Position numbers and translations under genes: made by a program. DNA of 62,891 nt, counting the filler, from Rhabdomonas costata (Eukaryota): assembly GCA_019059605.1 (NCBI GenBank). It is 53 parts of 53 records of this genome, joined end to end, with 100 filler letters (N's around TTAATTAATTAA, not from the genome) between each part and the next. Parts side by side here need not be neighbours in the genome. Positions count along the whole stretch, not along the records: positions 49,922 to 51,010 come from JAHMHO010029214.1; positions 51,111 to 52,198 come from JAHMHO010029215.1; positions 52,299 to 53,386 come from JAHMHO010029216.1; positions 53,487 to 54,574 come from JAHMHO010029217.1; positions 54,675 to 55,762 come from JAHMHO010029218.1; positions 55,863 to 56,950 come from JAHMHO010029219.1; positions 57,051 to 58,138 come from JAHMHO010029220.1; positions 58,239 to 59,326 come from JAHMHO010029221.1; 45 more parts are not named here. One strand, given 5' to 3'. Below the pieces are notes generated by a model, which saw nothing but the letters and a program-made list of their open reading frames with translations, was not told where the DNA came from and searched no databases. This document shows, one piece after another, positions 50,811-62,891 of this stretch. Position 1 is the first letter of the stretch; each line of letters begins with the position of its first letter.

Positions 50811-51860
50811 TGTTCCTGAGGACGGCTTTTGCTGTGTTTTTGGTGCACACAGAGCCAGAGGAAGTCATCAAATCAATTTGCAGTTCAATTCCACACACAC
50901 TCCGCATCAAGTCCATTATATAATGGGACACGACTTACCGACAAAATGCCGTGCGCAGGAATTAAATTCGCAAAGCCCCCAAACGTCCGAGGGCTTGGAC
51001 CCCCCCCCACNNNNNNNNNNNNNNNNNNNNNNNNNNNNNNNNNNNNNNNNNNNNTTAATTAATTAANNNNNNNNNNNNNNNNNNNNNNNNNNNNNNNNNN
51101 NNNNNNNNNNGGTTTGTGGTATCCTTTCGCGCGAAAACCTGTTCCGCGACCGGAGCGCCACAAGCAAGTTCGAATGGCGCGTTAGCAGAGCGAAATGAGA
51201 GGGAAGGCAGCCCCCTAAGAAGCCTTCCTTAAGTCCCAGAAATCGCCCCCAGAGTTCCCCTTCTTCGCGAAACTCGAAAGCAACGACCGCAAGTTCGGTG
51301 AGTGAGCGGTAGCATTCGCAAACACGCAATTGGTTTCAGGGGGAAAACGATACTCATAGTACACCGTGTTTCGGGCTTGCAACACAAGCTGTACAAACCG
51401 CGGGCATCTGCATAATCCCCACTCCCAAGTTGGCGTTGAGCACATGAATCTCATCCCGGAGGCATCAGGGTTTTTATTGTGGGCATTGGCGGTTTGTATC
51501 TACCAGATAAAAATATCAAATTTTCTCCAAAACCGTCACGCTGACTGCATTTAAGCCATAAATCTGTCTCTAAAATGGTTGTCAGTGCGACAGAAACGAG
51601 ATTACCATGGGTGGAACGTTCGGCGGTGAGTCGGTACCCCAGGGCAGTCAATTAGGAAACAGCCAGCGCGCAATGTGCCCAACACACACACGCACACACA
51701 CACACCTGCCCCGCAGCGTTTCGGGAAGGTGGGTGGGTGCTAAAAGCCAAGCCGCTTCGGCTTCGCACACGACAGCTTTGGTGGTGGGAATGGGGGTACC
51801 TGTATCTACACCTCTTAGCCTTTTGTTCTGTGCTTCTGTGCATACCCTTCCGGATTGCAG

Positions 51861-52198
51861 GCCGAACTTTCCGCAGATCATCGCGGACCTGTACGACATC
51901 GTGCGGGAGCTCAACGTGCCGGCGCCTTATGACCTTCGTGGGTTCAAGGCCTCCCTGTGCGCCAGCCTGGCGGGGCGCTCACGGCTGCACTTCTTCCCCT
52001 CCCTGTTCTGGACCCACACTCTGGTCCTGGAGGAGCAGGCCCGTGGCCAGGCTCAGGTAGAGAAGCTCCAAGCCAAGCTGCACACCCAGCAGAAGCTGCT
52101 TGCCGTACTCCGAGCCAGGGCTGCAGCCCCATCGGAGGGCTTTGCCGGCACTGCGGCCACCACCGCTGTCACCGCCACCACTCCCATCCCCACAAACC
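51861..52198 (+). CDS. Exon beginning with a TKL-kinase-like subdomain XI, followed by a coiled coil
   Basis: TTGCAG acceptor, then (R)PNFPQIIADL, which fits the RPxFxxIxxxL pattern. Confidence 0.55.
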
Positions 52199-54716
52199 NN
52201 NNNNNNNNNNNNNNNNNNNNNNNNNNNNNNNNNNNNNNNNNNTTAATTAATTAANNNNNNNNNNNNNNNNNNNNNNNNNNNNNNNNNNNNNNNNNNNNTG
52301 TGGTGGGTGTGGTTGGTGGGGGTGGGGAAGCCCACGCACTGCAGGGTGGTCTCATCGGCAAGCACAAGCAAACCGTGCTTGGGGGCGAAGGCGATGAAGC
52401 ACGGAGAGAATGCGCTACAGAACAGCAAAGGGGGTGGAGATGGCAATAGAACTCATGTCATACAGAGGAAGTGCTTCCGTTCTCTGTCGCAGCGCTAAAT
52501 TCACTGCACATCTCTCCCCTTCGAAATTTCTATACGAAGAATAACATCACCGCCCGATGCAGCGTGGGCCCGAAGCTGTGTGTGTATGCGTGTTTGCTCG
52601 CGCACACATACACAAACGCGCGCACAATCGTGGGGGGAGGGACTTTTCCTGGTCCTGACATAGTTTTTTTTTTCGCGATTTCCCTCCCGATTGTCTAGCA
52701 GGGCTTCTTGGCCCTTTTTGCATCGCAGGGCAACACTAAGGTGACAACGGAATCGGGAAGGAGTTTCAGGTCCTTTCCGCAAAGCATCTCAATCCCCCCC
52801 CCCCAGCTCATACGCACTTCATCAGCTTGCAGGTGACCATGGGGGCGAAGTTGGAGGAGCTCCACGCGGTCAGCGAGCCTCCGGAGTCTGTGGTGAGGAG
52901 GCAGTTCTGGGAGTCCACGAACGTCGCCGCACTGCCGAGCACGCGAAGAGGATACCCTCACGCACATAGCAGGTGTGGGAAACAAAGCCAAAACGGTCCC
53001 CAGAGGTAAGCACAAGCCCATATAACCCACACGCACCCGTAGGCGCATGCATAACACCCACAGTAGTCCGTACAGGGGGTGCCATTCTTCATAACCGATA
53101 ACGACCAAACAGCTTCTGTGGAAAAAGAAACCATTGCTAAGGATGTCAGTGCGGGACGGAGGGGGCCCTCATTTTCCTTCCTTCCCTTCTCTTCCCTTCG
53201 TCTTGATCCCTCCCTCCCCCCGTCCCGACTTCTGTGACAGAACCGCCCGTCAAACAAGGTAGCCTCTACCGTCGGTCTCCTGCCGCATCGTGGGGAATAT
53301 AGCGCCTGCCCATAAATGCTTTCTCATGAACCATAAGCTGCTACTGGCCCCGGTTGGGAGCCTTTCTGCACACTCCCGCCCCTGCGNNNNNNNNNNNNNN
53401 NNNNNNNNNNNNNNNNNNNNNNNNNNNNNNTTAATTAATTAANNNNNNNNNNNNNNNNNNNNNNNNNNNNNNNNNNNNNNNNNNNNAAGTGGCGCTCGAA
53501 AACCAGATACCCGCAGCCTGCCGCTGTGACGCCCAAAGGCCTCGCACTTACCTCCCTTTTCTTCGCTCAGGGGCGTATTGCGCCAGTGGAAATTTTCCAG
53601 GAAGGATTTGTTTGCATAGCTTCGCTCCACCATCCTCCGACCTTTTAACTTTTAACCTTTTAACATTCCCGGACACCGCCGGGAAACAGGAACTGGTCTT
53701 ATGTCTGTACGAGGCTGAAGTGTTGCGGGCTTTGTTTCCACGAAGGTGCCGCAAGAAAGCAGGAACCAAGGCCCCGGCCAGCCCGCACCAGGAAATGCGA
53801 GGACCAGAATTACGGAATTGGTCGCAGATCATCGCGCCCTATTCCACCCCGGAAATCTCCTCGTCCTCGATTTTGTATTGTGTGTGTGTGTGTGTGTTGT
53901 GTGTGGGTGCTACTTTACCCTGAAAGCAAAACAATGCCTTGCAACACCTAAAAAACCAAACGAACCAGACGAAGCAGTGAATGGGGTTATTTTGCATTAC
54001 TGCTTTCGGTTCGTCCACCTCCGCAGATTCGCCAGTCGGTCGTTTTTTGGCATCCCTTTGGCCCCAATTGACGCATTGCCCTAGTTTCCTAACCGGATCC
54101 AAAACAATTAAACTGTTGTCAGCGTCGCGGCAAATGTCGTCTTCATCAGGAACAATCGGGCCAGAAGGAAGTGTCGTGGTAGTGGTTAATTTATGATTTG
54201 GAGTGCCAGTAGATTTGTTGTTTCGTGGTAAAACGTCAAACTGGAGCCAGCAAAAGGGTAAGGTATATCTTGGCGTCGCGTCGGACATGCGACCACGTGA
54301 TCGATAGAACGTATGCGGTAGAATGCGTCGAGAACAAAGAATCCCGATCAACCTCCCTTTCACGCACCAGTCACTTTCTCACTCCCCCATTCAACTTCGT
54401 CATTGCGTCAAAACCCCCTGTGAGATTTATGCTTGGGATCGGGGTGCTGTCATGCGTAGCAGGGGATCACGGAGTAGGATTGGCACCGGCGGTAGAAATC
54501 ATCCCCTCTCCAATCATGTTTCTCATTCTGGCAGCATCCCTCATGCATCCTGCTTGACTGGTTTCCCACCCACANNNNNNNNNNNNNNNNNNNNNNNNNN
54601 NNNNNNNNNNNNNNNNNNTTAATTAATTAANNNNNNNNNNNNNNNNNNNNNNNNNNNNNNNNNNNNNNNNNNNNTGTGGGGTTGGCCGTTCTGCTGGGCA
54701 CCGCCCACGCCTGGCT

Positions 54717-55001
54717 GTGGCAACCTCCCAGCGCAAGCGCCACGCCAGAGTAGGACTCGCCGTGGAAGCCCTGGCGCGGCGGTATCCAGGGCTGCAGGAG
54801 ACTCGTGTGGGCGGGGCAGGCTTCAAGGGGTTGGCCGTTCTGCTGGGCACCGCCCACGCCTGGCTGACCCTGGATGAGAAAACCAAGCGCTGGGACACCT
54901 GCGCCGCGGAGGCCCTGCTGCGCTGCTGTGGGGGGGTTCTGACGGATGCCGCTGGGGTGGCATACTCATACAACGTGGAGCCCTCGACTTTTGCCAACAA
55001 G
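54717..55001 (+). CDS. Inositol monophosphatase / 3'(2'),5'-bisphosphate nucleotidase family exon
   Basis: RVGGAGFKGLAVLLG...TKRWDTCAAEALLRCCGGVLTD has the GGAGxK and WDxxAxxxxxxxxGG signatures. GTCGGC donor. Confidence 0.9.
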
Positions 55002-55596
55002 GTCGGCCTCCCTCCCATTTCTTGCGTAGCGGACTGGTGAGACAGATGTTCCGTTTTCAACCGTTGTGTAAATTTTTTCGAAACACGCTCTCCACAGCAA
55101 TGTTCACATTTTGTGAAGAGGAAAGGGTTTGGTTTGCGGAAACCAAAAGGCAGACAGGAAACAGCGGGATAAAAAGGCAGCTGTTTTTATGATTGTTTAG
55201 AGAAGGGGAGGAGCGCAAAAGCGAAAGAATCCAGGGTATTGAGATCGATATGCCGATCGAGGTGCTTTTTTTGTCGCAACACGCAATATGCCTCCCAGAA
55301 AAGCGGAGAAGATACTGTTACGAGCTGCAACCTTTAACATTCGCGGTGGATATCGAGTTACCACCGTGAAAATCTGTCTGCTAGGGTGCTTCAGCTTTGG
55401 TTGCCTTTGGTTTCTCTTTTGCAGCGTGGGGTGGTTGCCGCGGCTTCGGCGGAGATTCACGCTGAGATTATATCTCAGATTGCTCCCGCCATTGCACCCT
55501 ACCCCAATGACGTGCAGTGACCCAGCCCCCAAAATGCTTTTGTGTTGCAGCACCGCGCCATTTCTCTCTCCTGCGACGGTTTTTCTTTGCTGCCGA

Positions 55597-55756
55597 TGTT
55601 CTTTTCCAATGATCCTGAAGCCGCTGCTGTGGTGCCTTCTGAAAATGCTCTCTAATCCCCCTTCTTTCCTTTTAGGCACAGCAAAAAAGAAGGGGGATTA
55701 GAGAGCATTTTCAGAAGGCACCACAGCAGCGGCTTCAGGATCATTGGAAAAGAACA
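55597..55756. repeat. Perfect terminal inverted repeat (about 71-bp arms), probable fold-back
   Basis: 55597-55667 is the reverse complement of 55686-55756. Confidence 0.85.
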
Positions 55757-56195
55757 ACAACANNNNNNNNNNNNNNNNNNNNNNNNNNNNNNNNNNNNNN
55801 NNNNNNTTAATTAATTAANNNNNNNNNNNNNNNNNNNNNNNNNNNNNNNNNNNNNNNNNNNNGTTTTGGTTTCTTTTTTCTCCGCATTCTTTTCTAAAAG
55901 AACACGGAGAAAAAAGAAACCATGCACAAACGCGGCGGCGGTGCCACAGGGTCGCTGGCCTCCAAATATTCGACTTGACTCGACTCGAGAGATGACAACT
56001 TGAGGCGACCGATGGAGCACAATGGCTGCGATGGGGTACGATGGTGACGACGGCGGACCCAATGTCGCTATCCTCAAGGCAAAAGCAATCAGAGGTGCGG
56101 GTTTCCCGGCGACTTCCGAGCTACAGCTGAGCTGGGTTAACAATAATTTTATTTATTCTGTCTCGACCAGCCTCCAGCAACACCAAACGCAACAC

Positions 56196-56610
56196 CTCTT
56201 TTATGAACGCGGAGCTCCCCGTGGGGCCACGTGGCGTGGGCCTGAATCCACCGCATGGTCGGGCTGAGTTCCTCCGGAGTGCCGTAGTCCGGCGAGTCCA
56301 TCTTGTCCGGGGTTTTCTTCTTGTTGTCCACAAAAATCGTCAAGTCCACCTGCACCCACCCACGCCAAATCACGTTTACCGGAGACCACCCCGCAAACAA
56401 TGGGATAGAATTTGGGAGCACAAAAGCTATAAAAAAACCCGCGTGCAATGTTTGTCGTCGAATGCGGTATATTTGTGATGTACTTCCCCCCAGTTTAGGC
56501 AGCAGGCACGCCTTGTGGCCTTGGTAGTCCGCCACAGCCAGGGAGCGGAACAGCCGAGCCAGGCCCTCAGGCCGGTTGAAGGTGAAGACGAACACGCTGA
56601 CCTTATAGTC
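56196..56610 (-). CDS. GT2-like glycosyltransferase N-terminal region, two exons (56610-56512, 56349-56196)
   Basis: VFTFNRPEGLARLFRSLAVADYQGHK / VDLTIFVD...WPHGELRVHKR. Removing the 162-nt GC-AG intron restores the expected spacing. Confidence 0.7.
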
Positions 56611-57050
56611 CTGTGGAGACCCACCTCCTGCGCCTTCTGCGGGTGCAGGACGGAGGTGAAGAAGCTCCTCCTCCTCACTTCGCTGTGGTCGTCGCCGTTC
56701 CACAGGTGCAGCAGTAATGTCCGAATTCTGAGGCTGCGACACCCACCCACATATATCAACGATTGATGAAACGCTAAAGACGGGAGAACTTTGAACCGCT
56801 CACTCAATATGTGAACAGGGAACTTCGACAGGAAACTTCCGAAAAATAATGATGCACTGAACAGCTTCCCCACTCCTTCCCACCCACCCCCACCACAAGT
56901 ACACGTACTGAAGGGAAGCGATGAAACTCCAAAGTGGTTGAGCCGGATGGNNNNNNNNNNNNNNNNNNNNNNNNNNNNNNNNNNNNNNNNNNNNTTAATT
57001 AATTAANNNNNNNNNNNNNNNNNNNNNNNNNNNNNNNNNNNNNNNNNNNN

Positions 57051-57399
57051 GGTGTTGGGGGGAAGAGCGTGGTAAGCGGACAAGAGCTCCCCTTGCAGGG
57101 AGTAGTGGGAGCGGTGGGTGTGGCGAAGCCACGCCTTCACCGCGCCAGGGTGCCGGGCCGCGCCCAGGCGGTGGACCCGGGCCATCTCCACCGTGGACAG
57201 CAGGTCCAGGTAGGGGGGTTCCGTGGCACAGGGGTCGTAGTCGGGGCTGCTGAAGCACAGCTGCCACAGCGCAGGGAGGCACTCGGGGAGGTCCGGATTG
57301 TCAAACCCGCCCTCACAGGCAGGGGTGTCGCCGTCCACGCAGAGGATGTCGTTGCTCAGGGAGATGCCTCCTCCCGCGCCGATTCTGACCCCTAGCTCC
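57051..57399 (-). CDS. GC-rich exon, product unknown
   Basis: Open frame with host-like codon usage after a TGTGCAG acceptor. Confidence 0.55.
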
Positions 57400-58630
57400 C
57401 TGCACAGAAAAGAGGAGGGATCCGGATCATCTTCACTTCGAAAACACACTGCTCGGCTCAATGACGCCACTGAAATGGGCCACAAAATCTCCATCGAATT
57501 CGATCTTCATGTGATCCAAAGAGAACCTCTGCTGGTCACAAATGGGCTCACAATTGCTGCCTCCCATGAGTAGATTGCAACCTCTAAACACTGGGGATGT
57601 CTCGGTACGCGATTTAAATGACTGAGCGGAATAGCTCTTCACGCCGTATCACCCCCTCCCCCGATTGTTTCCCAAGTCAATACCAAGCCCAAAAAGCGGA
57701 CGGAAAGATCAAGTAAAACTCTCAACGCAGGGGGAAGGGGTCCCAGGGAGTCGGCACTGATCTCTAGGCTCTCAAAGCGGAGGACACAGGGCACATGGGC
57801 ACACGTACGGGTTCTGCGAGAGCATTCGCAGGGCAAGTACAAGGCTGGGCGCAGGGGTGACGCTGCGGCCGTTGGAAAGGGACAGCACCCACCGCCGCGG
57901 GACGGCACAGAACACCGCCCGGGCCTGGATCGACACAAGCGAGGGCGGGCATTGCAGAAAGGAAACTGCACACGCCATCCTCACTTGGGACTGAGCTCGC
58001 CCAAGCCGGAGAAACAAGAAGCGGAAGCAACACTGAAGAAAGCGAAATCACCAGCTCTGAAAAGCGAGAGACAGTGCAGCCGAGCAAGCCTTCGACAAAG
58101 TGCAAAAGGTGACAAAAGTGCAAAAGGCTTTATTCATTNNNNNNNNNNNNNNNNNNNNNNNNNNNNNNNNNNNNNNNNNNNNTTAATTAATTAANNNNNN
58201 NNNNNNNNNNNNNNNNNNNNNNNNNNNNNNNNNNNNNNTTTTTTTTTTTAATTTGTGAATTATTTTAATATGTTTTTGAACAGTCCATAAGTTCTCGGGC
58301 TTCGAGTTGTGCCCGTAAAATACAGAAGCATGGTGGAACTTTGGTTGTCTTGTGTCATTTTCGGTCCAGGAGAGATGCAAGAACAGTTTGAAAACCCGAA
58401 TCAATTAAATCAACGTGAAACGTCAGAGGTGTTCGAAGCGCCCCTGCTCAGGCGCAGTGACTCAACGTGCACCCTCAATTGCCTTATGCACTTACAGAAA
58501 CGTTTCAGGAACGTTCTCAAAGCGTGCTATGCAGAGCTGAGCATCTGCGGCTGTTTTGCGGGGTGACTCAGCACTTGACGCTACTCGTTTCCTTGAAGAT
58601 TGCTTTTTTAGTCTTCTTCCTATCACGCAG

Positions 58631-58767
58631 CTACGCTGTGAGCCTGGGCCCCCATGACTCCGCTCAAGGCTCAAGGGCGGGGGTCCCCCCGAGCAATGGG
58701 CGGGCCCGGGCCCGCGGAGGGGAGTGGGAAATCTCGGACTTCTCATATGAAAACCTGCTCGAGCTCG
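58631..58767 (+). CDS. Exon with the SYExLLxL motif that precedes RING-H2 domains in E3 ligases
   Basis: ISDFSYENLLELG after a CGCAG acceptor. Candidate GCATGC donor. Confidence 0.55.
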
Positions 58768-60833
58768 GCATGCCACCGTCTAATTCACTGCTTTTTTCCC
58801 TGCGTTCTTTGCGCTTGATTCAGAAGTTTGTTGTTGTTCGCTCCCCCCTCCCCCCTTGCATTTTTAGTGCCAGCCTTTTTGGCTCGGTTTCTTGGTTGTT
58901 TTTATTTTGCTTCTAACTTTCCGTTCCTCTTCTGGTCGCCGTGAGCTATGTCACATACGTTTTCCGACCTTCCTAACTGGCGCTCCAGCGTACTGTAGGA
59001 CTCTATCCGCTTTGGGACACTGACCTGTTCGCACACCCTGAACAAGCGAAGGAACTAGTTGCCCGGTTCAAACACTTGCACAGTATCCGCTGCTCACTTC
59101 GGCCGTTCCCGCCCCTGAAACACAGAGGTGAGCGTAATTGGGAGCCATCCCGCTGGTACGTTATGGTACTCCTCACTGGTACTCCGGTACGCCTCACCCA
59201 TATCAAGGACCACAAGGAAAGAATGACCTACCTACCTAGGAGGACAGGCCAAAAGCCGAAAATGGGGACAGCACCCGCCAAAAACCATTCGAAGGAAGCA
59301 CCGCCAGAGAGAGTGCAACACCAACCNNNNNNNNNNNNNNNNNNNNNNNNNNNNNNNNNNNNNNNNNNNNTTAATTAATTAANNNNNNNNNNNNNNNNNN
59401 NNNNNNNNNNNNNNNNNNNNNNNNNNGTTTTTTTGTCACTAACTTCGTGCGTGTAAATGGTTTTTTGTTGTATTTGTATTTATAGTGACCGTGTTCCGCC
59501 TTTTCTTTTTATGGTGCCTTGGGTGACGTGCCTCACCTCCCTTCCTCGTTTGTGACCAAGGTTCGTTTTGGTTGTCTGTGCGTGAACAACTCTTCCGAGT
59601 GCTGAAGAAAAAGGCTCCAATCGAGCCGCAGCGGGGTGGCGACGAGTTTCCTCTTTCCTAACCTCAATTTCATGTATTTATGTAGAGTGAGAGAGTGAGG
59701 GTAGGGAAACAACCGCAGATAGTTCAGAGTTGGAGAAGCAGGAAGAGCGAAAGGAAATGGCTCCCCACCCCATCCGTCCGTCCGTACGTCCTTCCAACTA
59801 TTCACTGAGGGTAACTCAGGGCGGAGCCTTCCTGTTGCGGGGATGACAGCGTCGCGTCAGCGAGGCGGAGTTGCGAGGGGAGCGCCATAAAGAGAAAAAA
59901 GACATCCAGAAAAAAGCAGGCTTCTTTGTTGGAGAAGGGGTTTTAAAAAAAACCGGCCATAACCTTGGGGCTCGGGGCGAGAGATGTAATGCACAACTAC
60001 TTCATACCGAAAGCGTGTGAGGAGTGCATGGTACCGCTTATCTTGCGGCGGCGTGCGTACTAATCACTGCACTGACTTTGGAACCTGAATTAATCATTGA
60101 CGTTGGACCTCTAAAATTAAAGAGAGTTTTAAACCGCACAAACCGGCCTTGTTAAGAGTGTGCTTGTTAAAGCATGGAGCATTGATTGATTTGCCCAGCT
60201 TTTCAATCTTCATTGGTAAAGAAGCAGTAATTCGTAATGTTTTTTTTCGGAACGTTTTGTTGCAGGCAAAATACCTGGGATTCACTCTCTCCGAATCTCC
60301 GAACCTCTGTCAAGTCAAAATAGTTTCCGTTTTTTTGCTCCCTCCCTGCCTTTGCTTTCTTCATAGCATCTACTTTTTCCGCGCTCTTTATTCTCTTCTG
60401 CACTTTCTGCACTGTTGTCTCTCCACTTTCTGTGGTGCGAGGAACTCCACAAGTACCCCGCAACTCATTCTCACTTCTCTCTCTCCCACCCCTTGCATCT
60501 TTAGCCCCCCACCCNNNNNNNNNNNNNNNNNNNNNNNNNNNNNNNNNNNNNNNNNNNNTTAATTAATTAANNNNNNNNNNNNNNNNNNNNNNNNNNNNNN
60601 NNNNNNNNNNNNNNTTTACAGCGATTTTGTGAAGTTTCCTTGTCAAAAGAGGGCCCAATGCAAGGTTACAGAATTTTGAGCATTTCCTCTGCAAATGCTT
60701 TTCTCCAAGACTGCTCCGAGTTCTCATCCGCACACACGCTCCTCGCAGACGTTCGTTTTTGGCACTCCCTGATGTTTACGGTGTTGACGGTGGAAGGGAG
60801 GGAGAGAGAGAAAGCTGCCGCGCGTGAGCCACA

Positions 60834-61047
60834 CCTTGGGATCTCCGTCTGAAACGTCCCGAATGATTTTCAGGTACATGTTATCATACTTTCCGAACAT
60901 TTCAAACCGGTCTGGGTACCGCCTTATCTTTTCGAGCCGCTTTGAAAATGCAGTGAACTGAATGGCTCGTCGCAGCTCGTCGGATGGAATTGTGCTGGAG
61001 GTGATGCGTGACGTGAGGCCCCTCCAATTCGCTGTTCGGGAAGCCAT
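60834..61047 (-). CDS. Probable first coding exon, product unknown
   Basis: MASRTANWRGL...VSDGDPK, followed by AAG|GTGTGG. Confidence 0.5.
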
Positions 61048-62090
61048 TTCTTGTTTGCGTTGGCTCAGACAAAATTCACTGTGAAAATAAAAATAAGAGC
61101 CAGAATGAAACCGACTTGCAACAAACAACTTGGCTCAGCGATTTGTAACCAGGGCTCTAATTAAACCTATTTTCATAAAAACCAAAAACTGGCGTTTCCC
61201 CGATGTCCCTTCCTTCTCATCACGTAACTAGACATTCTCTTTTCTTTTGCCGACCCCCCGCTTTCTTTCGTTCCTCCCTTCCTCTCACTGAACCGATGAG
61301 TTCCAACTTCATTGAACGCCGCCCGAGAACCTCTCCGCGGATGGCTTGGCCGCCCTTCAAGCTCTGGGGGCCCAACTCTCCAACATTTCCGTTAAAGTGG
61401 GGACGTCGGAGCGTAGCGCTGCCTCGGGTGGTCCTGGTCCCTCGCAGCTCCCTCCTTACCCTTCCTCCGCCACACCGGACGCTCTGACGCAGCTCACGGC
61501 TGACCCCGGCACTCCTCCCAACATCACACCCTTTCTCACCACCCTCGCTGCTCTTCTCCCCTCGGTGGTCGACGAGCACCACCTTGCCCTCATCCAGCAA
61601 AGCTACCAGCACGCCCGGCAGCCGGCACCCACCCAGGCGGGCCCGCAGTTGCCCGCACCGACGCTGCCCAACACACCAAACAAACCAAACACTCCCAACT
61701 CANNNNNNNNNNNNNNNNNNNNNNNNNNNNNNNNNNNNNNNNNNNNTTAATTAATTAANNNNNNNNNNNNNNNNNNNNNNNNNNNNNNNNNNNNNNNNNN
61801 NNGGTTGTTTGTAAAAAGAAAAGGTGAAGCGTAGCGAGACGTACAAAGTTTGAAGGACAGCTGGGTCTTCTGCAAATACAGAAAGCCTCAGGAAGCAAAT
61901 TGTGGCCTGGGAATCCCGAGAACCCAGCGCATCGCGATCCGAACCACCACCACAGCAATCTACACCATGGATACAGACGTGCTTTAACCAAACATAATCT
62001 AACCGAACAAGCCGAGAACTTACCCCAACTCACCAAATCGAAAAACACAATGCACAGTGCACAGGACACGGGGGGGTTCCTGTGCCATAC

Positions 62091-62399
62091 TGGAGCAGTG
62101 GGTCTTCATAGAGGGGTTGGAGTACCCGTAACCGTACTGGGCGTACCACAACGACCACGACGCCGTGAGCTGCTCGGGGGAGCTGACGTCCTGGGAGTTA
62201 TAAGCGACGTACACGCTGGTGGAGCCGAGAATGGAACCCACGACCCACCCCACCGAAGCGACGTAGTACAGATACTGCAGGCTGGTCTCGCTGAAGTAGT
62301 ACGGGCGGCCCCCGTAGAAGTCTGTGGAGTAGTACACCCCGTTCATATAGGCCTGGCTGGAGGTAAGCCCGCTGACGGCGATGTCACAGGCCCCCGGCA
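62091..62399 (-). CDS. Second phase 1-1 exon of the same aromatic-rich module as 44228-44521
   Basis: ACDIAVSG...NGVYY...YGGRPYY...QYLYY...WVVGSILGS...AY...P...SWSLW...HCS. 309 nt, AAG acceptor and GTATGG donor. Confidence 0.75.
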
Positions 62400-62707
62400 C
62401 TTTAGTTTTTGGAAAGGACACGAGGGGCAGAGAGCAGGGGGGTGGGGAGAAACCTGAACGTCGACCTAATGGCAAGGCCAGTCATCTGAAGATCAAAGCT
62501 CGAAATACCAGGAAAACGGCGACAGTTGTGGGGGGACTGATGAAAAAAGAGAACAAAACTCACTCATCCACCAACCCACCCACTCTCACACAACACACAA
62601 ACACACACTTTTAAAAGACTATCTTTTTGCGGAGAAATGAAGAAACGCACAACCACCCCAACAGGCAAGTTGCAAAAAGCAATGCACAGGAGAAACAATG
62701 GCTTCCC

Positions 62708-62787
62708 ACACGCACGCACACGCACACACACACGCACACGCACACGCACACGCACACGCACACGCACACGCACACGCACACGCACAC
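62708..62787. repeat. (CACACG)n microsatellite
   Basis: Directly visible tandem repeat. Confidence 0.95.
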
Positions 62788-62891
62788 AAACTGGCGATTC
62801 CGGTCCACCTACGCCCTCAGTCTCCATTGTAAAAACATAGCGAAACGGGTGCCAACGGGTTCAGCGGAGGGAATGATCGGCACCACACACC

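Noticed and set aside
50462..50931. Repeat proteins EWSGV, also HFTSL (9832-10083) and VCVC/RTRT
   Set aside because: These are translations of microsatellites.
52430..52520. tRNA-like ends on the minus strand, and a similar GTTCGAA near 31115
   Set aside because: No consistent cloverleaf or anticodon arm.
54678..54866. Exact 39-bp direct duplication in the BPNT/IMPase exon
   Set aside because: The first copy sits at the contig start, so it is most likely an amplification or assembly chimera.
17581..55756. Long perfect hairpins (17581-17728, 19026-19090, 27086-27230, 29310-29590, 36637-36749, 40205-40306, 55597-55756) as ncRNAs or transposon ends
   Set aside because: All abut a contig end, have essentially identical arms and share no sequence with each other. 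This is the pattern of template-switch chimeras.
1090..61802. Regularly spaced TTAATTAATTAA repeat resembling an array, and ORFs ending in X runs or LIN
   Set aside because: It is a synthetic spacer flanked by N runs, not biological sequence.
1..62891. Spliced-leader, rRNA or telomere sequence that would identify the host
   Set aside because: None was seen by eye. A euglenid-like host is plausible from the donor pattern but not established.

Overview
This window is not one locus. It is 53 unrelated assembly fragments of about 1.08-1.09 kb, joined by an artificial 100-bp spacer (N44-TTAATTAATTAA-N44, stops in all six frames), so no gene-neighbourhood inference is valid across spacers. Most fragments look like the nuclear genome of an intron-rich microbial eukaryote: GC-rich exons set in AT-richer, microsatellite-laden introns. 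Recognisable exons include protein kinases, a Lag1/TLC ceramide synthase, a Ctr copper transporter, a receiver domain, a BPNT/inositol monophosphatase, a GT2-like glycosyltransferase, an IPT/TIG domain, a WD40 repeat and a CimA/LeuA regulatory domain. Four very AT-rich, intron-free fragments (1190-2278, 7135-8223, 10702-11790, 38036-39124) look like large DNA virus or Polinton/virophage sequence, and two appear degraded. There are a decayed Ty3/Gypsy element with a dUTPase motif and a CRE-like non-LTR fragment. G/T-only contig starts, A/C-only ends and terminal fold-backs indicate whole-genome-amplified DNA. I found no complete novel multi-gene system. The best leads are the virus-like fragments, frequent GC splice donors, the dUTPase-bearing retrotransposon, and an unnamed domain encoded twice as a phase 1-1 exon. 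All calls come from reading motifs by eye; no searches were run.
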